Assembly: GCA_022605425.2 (NCBI GenBank)
Contig: JAKIMF020000013.1
Span: 682,001-746,000 of the forward strand
DNA from: Hamiltosporidium tvaerminnensis FI-OER-3-3
Lineage: Eukaryota; Fungi; Microsporidia
Reading direction: 5' to 3'
Length of the DNA stretch: 64,000 nt
Below the pieces are notes generated by a model, which did not search any database, was not told where the DNA came from, and was given only the letters and a program-made list of their open reading frames with translations. Shown piece by piece: positions 1-11,000 of this stretch (the stretch's first letter is position 1; the number at the start of each line of letters is the position of its first letter). The position numbers were made by a program, and so were the translations under genes.

Positions 1-339
1 TTAATATTATTCTCTTCCCATATTCTAGAAATTCCAAATATTATATTTGATTCCTTATATTTTTATTTGTACCTTACAATTTATATCCTCACTTAATTTA
101 TTCCATTTCATTTTTCTTTTTTCTAAAAAAATCCAATTATTGAAATCTCCGTCTTTGTACAAAATAGAAGATTTAAAAAAAGTACCAATTATTTTTTAAT
201 TCACACATTAATTTATTTTTAATTTTAATACTTTTTGATATAGATTATATCCTTTTTTAGAAATAAATATAAAAAAATTTTCATTTAAAAAAAATATTTA
301 ATTAAATTAATTAAAAAGATATTGCTATATTATTAATAA

Positions 340-572
340 AAGAATATTAAAAACATATAAAAGAATATAAAAGAATTTAAAAGAGTATAAAAGATTATAA
401 AAACATGTAAAAGAATATTAAAACATGTAAAAGGATTTAAAAACAAATAAAAGAATATTAAAACATGTAAAGATTATAAAAACATATAAAAGAATATAAA
501 AACATGTAAAAGATTATTAAAAACAAATAAAAGATTATAAAAACGTATAAAAGAATATAAAAACGTATAAAA
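340..572. repeat. Degenerate ~20-bp A-rich minisatellite (AAAAGAATATAAAAACATRT-like)
   Basis: About 11 imperfect tandem units visible. Confidence 0.6.
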
Positions 573-1339
573 GGTTTTTAAGATATTTACAATGAAATCA
601 AAGTAAATATTTTATTCCTTTAATCCATAATATTACATTTATAACTTATAGTATTCCTTTATTTCGATAACAAACATATTAAATTAATTCAATGAAATAT
701 TTCTTAAAAAAATCAGAAAAAATATTTTCTTATTTTTCGTATCATCATAAATAAGAAGAAATAAAATAATAAAAGAAACTAAAATGGGTTCTTCTAATTA
801 TTTAAAATCTTATAATATACAATTCTTATCACTGTCTCATTATATAGATTCTACTTATAAATATTATTCTAAATATTACTCATAAATATTTATTTATCTT
901 CTATTTATTTACAATATCCTTATAATACCAAATCACTTCTAAATCATTACAATCTCATACTTACTAAATTATATATAAATGTAATATCCATATAGTACCA
1001 AATCACTTCTAAATCATTACAATCTCCTATTACTAAACTATATATAAATGTAATATCCTTATAAAATAGTATTTCAATTCAATCTTAAAAACAAAGAAAA
1101 GTAAAAAATAGAACGGCATGAAAAGCAAAGAGAACAAAAAAATAAAAAGAAACAGTAAAAAGTAAAATGGAAGAAAAATTAAACGAACAAAGAAAGTAAG
1201 AAGAACAATAACAATAACAACGAAAGAAACTAAGAAAAAAAGAAGAACAAACATTATATAAATTAAAATTCTAAATATTAACCATAATTATAAATATTTG
1301 ATTTTTTATATTTTTTATATTTTTTGATTTTTGTAATTA

Positions 1340-2682
1340 TTCAATCATTCATAATTATTCCATATTTTTATATTTTTGATTTTTTTAATTATTCAATCAT
1401 TTATAATTATTCCATATTTTTATATTTTTGATTTTTTTAACGTTATTTAAAAGCATCACACCCTTTTAAAATAGTGGCAAGTGTTATATTTGTTTTTATG
1501 ACATTAACGCAGTTCTAGGTTTAACATAAATAACTGCTACCCCAACACTCCATCGGTAACCCCTGCGATACCTACGTCTCAAAGCCTTTCATCTACCAGG
1601 TGTGTAGAACCTAATTAATAGGCGAGGCAGTTGCCCGGAGTTCGTTAATGTCTGTTGCATGGAGTGTGATCGAAGGCCGAAGTCCCCCCTGGGCTCCCCC
1701 AAGACTATGCAGCATTCCCACTTACTCTACTCTTTCTGAACCCAATAAACTTCTAGCTAAGATATATTTCAGAGAATTACATGGGGTCCACCTAGACAGT
1801 GCAATGTCATACCAACAGGTATAACCTGCTACTTAGCTCTCCCGGCTTTTAATGGTTTTTTGTTTTATATCTCACAGGCGCAAAGTCTTCTAACCCGAGT
1901 GAGCAAGGCTAGGTTTCCATGCTTTTACATGGCAATTACCTTCAAGTTTAGCTGCGGTCTGCAATCTGGTTACATAAAAAACTACAAATAAATTTGTGGA
2001 AAAAGTTTCGTTCTTTCGCAGACCTCTCCTCTTCATAACAACAACCATGGAACAACCGAAGATGTAGTGTGGCTTTATTCCCACCAAAAATCCAAACAAT
2101 GATCTCAAACCAGTTTCACACACTCATTGCCAAGCAGAAAGTTTTTTATGTGGTTATCCTCCCTCCACATCTTCAATCATTTATAATTATTCCATATTTT
2201 TATATTTTGATTTTTTTAATTATTCAATTATTTATAATTATTCCATATTTTTATATTTTGATTTTTTTAATTATTCAATTATTTATAATTATTCCATATT
2301 TTTATATTTTGATTTTTTTAATTATTCAATCATTTATAATTATTCCATATTTTTATATTTTGATTTTTTTAATTATTCAATTATTTATAATTATTCCATA
2401 TTTTTATATTTTGATTTTTTTAATTATTCAATCATTTATAATTATTCCATATTTTTATATTTTGATTTTTTTAATTATTCAATCATTTATAATTATTCCA
2501 TATTTTTATATTTTGATTTTTTTAATTATTCAATTATTTATAATTAGTCCATATTTTTATATTTTGATTTTTTTAATTATTCAATCATTTATAATTATTC
2601 CATATTTTTATATTTTGATTTTTTTAATTATTCAATTATTTATAATTATTCCATATTTTTATATTTTTGATTTTTTTAATTA
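1340..2682. repeat. 51-bp tandem array (about 2 units left and 10 units right) interrupted by SINE-like copy 1
   Basis: Unit TCAATYATTTATAATTATTCCATATTTTTATATTTTGATTTTTTTAATTAT; produces the 17-aa periodic ORF 2069..2695. Confidence 0.9.
1443..2168 (-). mobile_element. ~725-bp dispersed non-autonomous SINE-like element, copy 1 (subtype A)
   Basis: Near-identical reverse complement of 30425..31156; same GGAGGGAGGATAACCAC 5' end and TTTTAAATAA 3' end. Confidence 0.85.
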
Positions 2683-3600
2683 TATTTTTTTTTAATCTAT
2701 CAGTAATCCCTTATATTTTCTTATCAAATCATATTCTCATACAAAATATTATTTACATTTCAAATGTCAATCTATAGATCTTTAAAAAAATAAATCTAAG
2801 TCCATTAAAAGAATTTAAAAGAGCAAGTGATTAAAGATAAATCATATAATAAGGATATAATAGTGTAAGTGATATAATAAAGATATAAATAATATATATA
2901 TCGATATAAGATACTAGGATATTAAAATATTTTTAAATAACTTCTATTAAAAGAATTAAATTTATATATTCTTATGTTAAAATCACGAATATTTTGATTT
3001 AATTAAAAAAATTTCAGATAAAACTTGAAATTTATTTACCTTTTTAAGTAAAATTACTAAAAATATAAATTAAATAAAAATATTACAATCAATCACCAAA
3101 CACAGAAATAAAAAATTAGAAATAAATCATAAATACTTGTAAAATATTAGGAATAAAAAATATAAAAATAAAAAATAAATACTTGTGATACATACTTGTA
3201 AAATATTAGGAATAAATAAAGTAAAATATTACAAATAAAAAATACTAAAACTATTATAAATAATTGTAATACATACTTGTAAAATATTAGGAATAAAAAA
3301 TACAACAACTATTATAAATAATTGTAATAAATAAAGTAAAATATTAGGAATAAATACTAAATTTTTATTTACTGAGTAATTTGTGATACTATAACTATTT
3401 TAAATAACAAATAATAAATTTTTATTTAATTATAGAATATTTAACACAAATATAATCACATCATATTATCTATTTGATAATACATATAACTGATTTGTTA
3501 CAACAATCATTTGATACGAAACAAATTCACAATAAACCAATAAATTGATTCTTTTAATGATTTAAATAAACCACAAAAAAATATATTTTTGAAAGGGGGC

Positions 3601-6129
3601 ATGCAATCTGATAAGAAAAGCGTACAAAAAATATTTGAAAATTTACCTACTTTTTTGAAAAAAACTGATAAAAAATATATATATGAGCCTTCTGGGCTTC
3701 GTGGCAATGCGAGCGATATAATATATGCAGTATGTCGTACATCGATAGTAGCGTATATACGGTCTTCCACATTTTGTGGAAAAATGATCGGAATTATGAT
3801 TACTGCGAGCCACAATCCTATAGAAGACAATGGTATCAAGATATGTGATCATAATGGTGAGTTTTTAGATAATTCATGGGAAAAAATATGTAATGAGGCC
3901 ATCAACTGCTCTGATACCAATTTGTATCCGTATTTGAACCGCATACACCGTAAATATGGAAATATGCGCGAGTTCAACAATGGACCTATCGGACACATAC
4001 TAATCGGTATGGACAACAGACCCAGCAGTATCACACTTTTCACCCACATAGCACATACACTACAACATTTTAACTGTAAAGTACACAATTACAAACAAGT
4101 CACCACACCACAATTGTTCTTTCTTACCAAGTTCTCTAACCAAAATGGCGAACCTCTTCACCCCTCAGAATATATCAAAACACTCTCCAGAAATTATATT
4201 AACCTATACAACCACCTTCAAACCACACCACCTCTCTGTTACATTGACACAGCCAACGGTGTAATACAACAGAATATAAATTTACTTAAAAAAGAAATAC
4301 CAGAAAATATTTTAAACATCGAAATAATGAATAAAGAGTGTGAAGAGATAAGTGATGGTTATAGTAAGGAGAATAGTTATGAAGAGGATGATGTTGTTAT
4401 AAAGGATAATGTTGATGAGAGAAGTGGGTATAGAGATAAAGAAAGGAGTAGGGAGAGTAATGAGGAGACTAGCATAGAGAGTAATAAAGACAGCAAGAAT
4501 ACTATAAACAACGATGTAAATGATACTATGAATATCAGTATAGACAAGAATATAAACAACGGTATAAACAACGATGTAAGTAATACTATCAATACACAAT
4601 CAGAAGACTTACCAACAAATCTCCACTTAAACAACCACTGCGGCTCAAACTACATAAAAAATACAAATAAATTACCAAAAAACATAAAAATAGACCCACA
4701 CTCCATAAAAAGAGCGGTTTCTTTCGACGGTGACGCCGACCGCCTTCTCCTTTTCTGGCACGATACCACTCTTAATCTTATAACTGGTGACCGTATAGCT
4801 ACACTTTTCCTTACCTACATACACAGCCTTCTATACAACACCAACAACATAGATAACAACCCTAGTAGTGACATAAATACTTACAATGTAGATACTAACA
4901 ACAGAGATACTAACAACGTAGATATGAGATATAACAACCCTAATAACAACCACAACCCTAATATCAATCCTATTATCAATAATATTCTTAATATACCATT
5001 TACTATCGGTGTTATACTATCACACTACTCAAACTACGCAGCAATAAATTTCCTAAAAAAGAAATTTCCATATAAAAACATTACAATCAAGATATCACCT
5101 GTAGGTATTAAAAATTTCTATAAATATGCATCTACATTTGACATTGGAATATATTTTGAACCCAACGGACACGGAGGTATTTTCTTCTCATCGTATATAC
5201 GAAGCCACCTAGAACGAGTAAAGAAGGAAATAGAAAGTAAGATAGAATTAGATAATGTAAGTAAGATAAAAGTTGAGAAGATAGAAGTTGATGGAGTAGT
5301 ATTTGATGTGGTAGATAGTGATAAGAGTGATTTAAATAACAGAGATGAAGTAGAATATAGGGTAGAGTATAACAAAGACAATAATAAAAACAATAAAGAT
5401 ACAGGAGAGTATATCAAAGCCAATAATGAAGTAGAATATAGGATAGAGTGTAACAAAGACAAAGTAGAGTATATCAAAGACAATAATGAAGTAGAATATA
5501 GGGTAGAGTATATAGACAATAATAAAGACAATATCAAAGGCAATAATAAAGACAATAATAAAGACAATATCAAAGGCAATAATAATGACAATAAAGATAC
5601 AGGAGAGTATAAAAAAAACAATAATAAAGACAATAATAAAGACAATAATAAAAACAATATCAAAGACACCAATCCAATCACCCATCACTATAATAATATT
5701 GTTACCCTTCTAAATATAATACCATTCTTCGACACTTCAATATCAGATGCCTTCTCTACATTTCTAAGTATCCATCTTATCTGTAAAAACAACTATTTAT
5801 CAAAAATATTAAAAAAATACCAAGAATTATTTACCAGAGAAATAACAGTAAAAGTAAAAAATAAAAATATAATAAAAGTAGATTTACAGAACACAGTAAT
5901 ACAACCTATTTTATTACAAAATAAGATAGAAGAATATATGTATAAATATAAAGGACGTAGTTTTATTAGACCATCACAATCAGAAGATTTTATACGTGTT
6001 TATACTGAAAGTAGTAGTAAGATAGATACAGATGTTATGTGTGTCTGTATTGCACAGTGTGTATATGACACATGTGAAGGTATAGGATATCACCCAGAAA
6101 TAACCTACAGTGACAGTGATACATATTAG
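3601..6129 (+). CDS. PGM3: Phosphoacetylglucosamine mutase (PGM3/AGM1/PCM1) with three large low-complexity insertions
   Basis: TASHNP catalytic Ser loop, FDGDADR metal loop, YFEPNGHG sugar loop, RSFIRPS..ED..RVY.E C-terminal loop; ATG at 3601 preceded by GGGGGC (the ORF track's TTG start at 3589 is unlikely). Confidence 0.93.
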   Translation: MQSDKKSVQKIFENLPTFLKKTDKKYIYEPSGLRGNASDIIYAVCRTSIVAYIRSSTFCGKMIGIMITASHNPIEDNGIKICDHNGEFLDNSWEKICNEAINCSDTNLYPYLNRIHRKYGNMREFNNGPIGHILIGMDNRPSSITLFTHIAHTLQHFNCKVHNYKQVTTPQLFFLTKFSNQNGEPLHPSEYIKTLSRNYINLYNHLQTTPPLCYIDTANGVIQQNINLLKKEIPENILNIEIMNKECEEISDGYSKENSYEEDDVVIKDNVDERSGYRDKERSRESNEETSIESNKDSKNTINNDVNDTMNISIDKNINNGINNDVSNTINTQSEDLPTNLHLNNHCGSNYIKNTNKLPKNIKIDPHSIKRAVSFDGDADRLLLFWHDTTLNLITGDRIATLFLTYIHSLLYNTNNIDNNPSSDINTYNVDTNNRDTNNVDMRYNNPNNNHNPNINPIINNILNIPFTIGVILSHYSNYAAINFLKKKFPYKNITIKISPVGIKNFYKYASTFDIGIYFEPNGHGGIFFSSYIRSHLERVKKEIESKIELDNVSKIKVEKIEVDGVVFDVVDSDKSDLNNRDEVEYRVEYNKDNNKNNKDTGEYIKANNEVEYRIECNKDKVEYIKDNNEVEYRVEYIDNNKDNIKGNNKDNNKDNIKGNNNDNKDTGEYKKNNNKDNNKDNNKNNIKDTNPITHHYNNIVTLLNIIPFFDTSISDAFSTFLSIHLICKNNYLSKILKKYQELFTREITVKVKNKNIIKVDLQNTVIQPILLQNKIEEYMYKYKGRSFIRPSQSEDFIRVYTESSSKIDTDVMCVCIAQCVYDTCEGIGYHPEITYSDSDTY

Positions 6130-6520
6130 TTATAGTTATATATTAGTTATATAATAGTTATATTAGTTATAGTTATAGTGATATAATAAGTATATATTAG
6201 TTATAGTTATAGTTATTATATTAATATTATATTAGTTATTATATTAGTTATATATTAGTATGTTTTAAGTAAATAAATAATAAATTTAATTTTTAATTTT
6301 TTAATTTAGTTAATATATTAAAAATAGAAAAAATAGAAAAAATATTAAAAATAGAAAAAATAAAATATTACAAATCCTTTACTAACCCTTACTACTTTAC
6401 TACTAACTATTAATACCTAACCCTTACCATCTTAACACTAACTATTACTACTACTTTACCAATACTAACCCCTACCACCTTAACACTAACCACTACCAAC
6501 CACCTTTACCAACTATATCT

Positions 6521-7327
6521 TCACTTTGTCTTTATATTCTTTACTAACCTTACATGGAAAAAAACACCCATAACCATCAACAATATCTTAAACCCTACAG
6601 AAAGAACAACTAACCATACAATCTTAGAAACATTCTTACTAAATAATTTATCTACTTCTTCACTAAGTTTATGTTCTTCACTTATTTGTTTAGAATAATC
6701 TACAGATAAAGCTATTTGTTTTTCTACTTCTTTTATTTGTGTATCTGCTTGTGATACTATACGAGGATCACTCTGTCTACCTTCATAAATACGAGTACGA
6801 ATAGCAAATTTATTATTATTATTGTTATTGTTTTGTAGGTTGTTATTGTTATTATTATTATTATTGTTATTATCCACATTACCTACATTACCTACATTAT
6901 TATTATCTACGTTACCTACATTATTAGTATTATCTACCTTATTATTGTTATAGTCTCCATATATCTCTTCTAATCCTTTAACATTAAGACTAAACATATA
7001 ATATCCATGTGAAGGTGCTGTAAATAAAAAACTACCTTTATTTCCTTCTTTACTTCTCTCTCCAACAAAATTACCAGTTTCAAAACTCTTACGGTTATAA
7101 TCAGATGAATGTGATATAAGAACATGTGTACTTATATCTATATCATCTTGTATCTTTTCCCATCCTATTTTATCATTTCTCCAATACATTACTTCTGTCT
7201 CTATAAGTACTACTGTCTTATCTACAAGATTACGTACATAATCTGCATTTGTTGTTGAAGAAATGGCTTTTATTGAGGAAAAAGAATTTGAAATGAAAAG
7301 TGATAAACAAAGAAATATAAATGACAT
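6521..7327 (-). CDS. emp24/gp25L/p24 family (GOLD domain) cargo receptor with Asn-rich insertion
   Basis: Signal peptide, GOLD-like KGSFLFTAPSHGYY motif, coiled coil, C-terminal TM helix, short basic tail. Confidence 0.75.
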   Translation of the reverse strand: MSFIFLCLSLFISNSFSSIKAISSTTNADYVRNLVDKTVVLIETEVMYWRNDKIGWEKIQDDIDISTHVLISHSSDYNRKSFETGNFVGERSKEGNKGSFLFTAPSHGYYMFSLNVKGLEEIYGDYNNNKVDNTNNVGNVDNNNVGNVGNVDNNNNNNNNNNNLQNNNNNNNKFAIRTRIYEGRQSDPRIVSQADTQIKEVEKQIALSVDYSKQISEEHKLSEEVDKLFSKNVSKIVWLVVLSVGFKILLMVMGVFFHVRLVKNIKTK

Positions 7328-7334
7328 ATAAAGA

Positions 7335-7850
7335 AGGGTAGAAGAAGGGGAATATATAAATAGATTAAAGAGGGGTAGAGGGATATAAAAGAAAGGATAT
7401 AAGGGATATAAGGGATATAAATAGATTAAAGAGGGGTATAAGGGATATAAGGGATATAAATAGATTAAAGAGGGGTAGAGGGATATAAAAGAAAGGATAT
7501 AAGGGATATAAATAGATTAAAGAAAGGATATAAGGGATATAAGGGATATAAATAGATTGAGGAGGGGTAGAGGGATATAAAAGAAAGGATATAAGGGATA
7601 TAAGGGATATAAATAGATTAAAGAGGGGTATAAGGGATATAAGGGATATAAATAGATTGAGGAGGGGTAGAGGGATATAAAAGAAAGGATATAAGGGATA
7701 TAAATAGATTGAGGAGGGGTAGAGGGGGGTATAAGGGATATAAGTAGATTGAAGAGGGATATAAGGGATATAAATAGATTGAGGAGGGGTAGAAGGGGGT
7801 ATAAGGAGATATAAGAGATATAAATAGGAATATAACAAGGAATAAGTAGA
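7335..7850. repeat. Purine-rich degenerate tandem array (AAGGGATAT / AGATTRAGGAGGGGTAG) upstream of the p24 gene
   Basis: Almost C-free on the + strand; repeated modules abut the p24 ATG. Confidence 0.85.
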
Positions 7851-8040
7851 GTAAGTAGAAATATTAATAAAACCTTTTATTATACATACTGTTGTTAACA
7901 CATCTTATAATTACTAGTACTAGTGTTAACACCCCGTTGTTTATTAGTTGTGTGATTAACACCTCTTAAGTATCTATTATTAATACATCTTATTATTTAA
8001 AACCCTCTTAAGTATCTATACTATATGTTAACACCTCTTA

Positions 8041-11000
8041 TTACTTCTTTTTTATAGAAATAATACTTCTTCCTATCCTTATAACCTTATAGTCTTTATC
8101 ATTAGTATTGTTATTAGTATTGTTACTAAGACCCTTTTGTACATCTATACTGTTGTTAAGACCCTTTTGTACATCTTTACTATTACTAAGACCCTGTTGT
8201 TTATTAGATAGATGGTTAAGACCCTGTTGTACATCTTTACTGTTGTTAAGACCCTTTTGTACATCTTTACTATTACTAAGACCCTGTTGTATATTAGATA
8301 GATGGTTAAGACCCTGTTGTACATCTTTAATGTTGTTAAGACCCTTTTGTACATCTTTACTATTACTAAGACCCTGTTGTTTATTAGATAGATGGTTAAG
8401 ACCCTGTTGTACATCTTTAATGTTATTAACACCCTGTTGTTTATAGGTACTATTACTAACACCCTTTATATTACTACTAGAAGTACTAACACCCTTTATA
8501 TTACTACTTAAATTAAAACCCTTTAAACTACTATCCTTACCAGAAGTATTAACACCCTTTATATCCCTACTTATATTAAAACCCTTTAAACTACTATCCC
8601 TAGTAGCAGTACTAACACCCTGTTGTCTATTACTACTTATATTAAAACCCTTTAAACTACTATCCCTACTAGAAGTACTAACACCCTTTATATTACTAAC
8701 CTTATTATTAACACCATTATAATCACCAACCTTATTATTAAAACCCTTTAAACTACTATCCCTACTAGAAGTACTAACACCCTTTATATTACTAACCTTA
8801 TTATTAACACCCTCCAACATACCTCTATTATTAACACCCTCCAACATACCTCTACTACTATCACCCTTTATATTACCAACCTTATTATTAACACCCTCCA
8901 ACATACCTCTACTACTATCACCCTTTAAATTACTAAACCTTGGAAATAAAACCCTATCCTTAATACAACTAACATACTTTAAAACACATCCTTTAACATC
9001 ATCCTTAATATAACAAATAACACCCTCAAAAAACCTAATAAATTCCTTTTCCCCCAATTTTTTACAAATCCTCTCACAACACTCTTCTACACTTATTTCA
9101 TTTAAATGTAATAAAGTTATTTGTTCTGATAAATATATATTATGTATGTTATAATACTTATTTATATAAGTATTTATATTATTAGTATTTCTTATAAATG
9201 ATTGTGTTCTATCCATATAAGAAGGTATAGTGTTATTACTAGGGATATTAGAGGGGGTGTTAATTATATTGGAGTTATGATAGGTGTTATTACTAGGGAT
9301 GATAGAGGGGGTGTTAATTATATTGGAGTTATGATAGGTGTTATTACTAGGGATGATAGAGGGGGTGTTATTGATTAGTGTTTTATTACTGTTATTAATT
9401 AGAGTGTTATTACTATTACCTCTACTACTATCCTTATTACTACTACTAATACTATCATGAGAGGTGTTATTTATTGTATCCTCTGTCCTATCCTTCTCTA
9501 TCTTATTTATTGTTATTTTTCTATTTGTATTACTACGTGTTATTCTTAATACATTACTACCTATAGTAACCCTACCATAACCCTGTTCATTAGCATAAGC
9601 AGAGCTATTAATAAAAGGTATAGTAAGAGTGTTAGGAGTGTTATCAGTACTATCACTATAAGTATTATTAGTAGTAATAACACCCCTATAAGTATCAGTA
9701 GTACTAATAACACCCCTATAAGTATGAGTACTATCACTAACACCCTCTAATATACCTATACTATCACTAACACCCTCTAATCCACTATCCCTAACACCCT
9801 CTAATCTACCTATACTGTTACTAACACCCTCTAATATATTACTATCACTAACACCCTCTAATCCAGTATCCCTAAATCCCTCTAATATATTACTATCCCT
9901 AACACCCTCTAATCCAGTATCCCTAACACCCTCTAATCCACTAACATACTCACCACCACTAACATACCCATTACCCTCCAATCTACTGTTATTATCAATA
10001 CTTCTTATATCTTGATATCTTATATTCTCATTATGAAAATTAACAACATGTTCATACATTTCTACTTTATAACAAAATACATAACAACTACTGTCAATAC
10101 ATTCTTTATATTTACATGTATAATGATTAGTACTATAATGTAATTGTAATGTATCATATGTATTATAGTATTGATGTTTCTTACCCATTCTATCACATAA
10201 TGTACATAGGTAATGGTAATGTGTCATATGGTTAAGTATTTTTGATGTGTCGTAGAAATATTTTTTACAGAATAAACATTTTGGATGGGAAATAATGTGG
10301 GAGGTAATGGGGGTGTTAGTAAGGGTAGTGGGAGTAAGAGGGTGATAATTATATGGTGATTTATTAACACCCTGTTGTTCATTAGTATTGGTATTAACAC
10401 CCCGTTGTTCATTAGTACTATTATTAACACCCCGTTGTTCATCTATATTATTGTTAACACCCTGTTGTTCATTAGTATTGGTATTAACACCCCGTTGTTC
10501 ATCAACACTGTTATTAACACCCTTATAATCATCTATACTGTTGTTAACACCCCGTTGTTCATATATACTCTTATTAACACCCTTATAATCATCTATACTA
10601 TTGTTAACACCCTCAAACTCTCCTTTATCACTAACACCCTTTCTACAATCCCTAATACCCTTTAATCCACTACCTATTACATTAACACCCTCTAAACTAC
10701 TACTATACCCCTTTAAACTACTAACCTTACTACTAAAACCCTTTAAACTACTAACCTTACTACTAACACCCCCTATACTACCAATACCTTTACTTCTAAT
10801 ATAATATAAAGGATATTCATAAGGAAACTCTTTACGATTATATATACACAAATAACAGGGTGTTATATCATGAGACTTATAATGAATAAGAAGAGAATTT
10901 TTTGTTGGTGAAATGTAAGAACATAATTGACATTTTAAAGACATAAGAGATATAATTGAGGTGTAAATATGTTTTGAATGGAAAGATATTTGTGTAGAGT

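Noticed and set aside
2069-2695. 208-aa hydrophobic repeat ORF
   Set aside because: Translation of the stop-free 51-bp minisatellite, starting inside the element's antisense strand
3589-3600. TTG start for PGM3 from the ORF track
   Set aside because: Eukaryotic gene; ATG at 3601 follows a GGGGG motif typical of microsporidian starts
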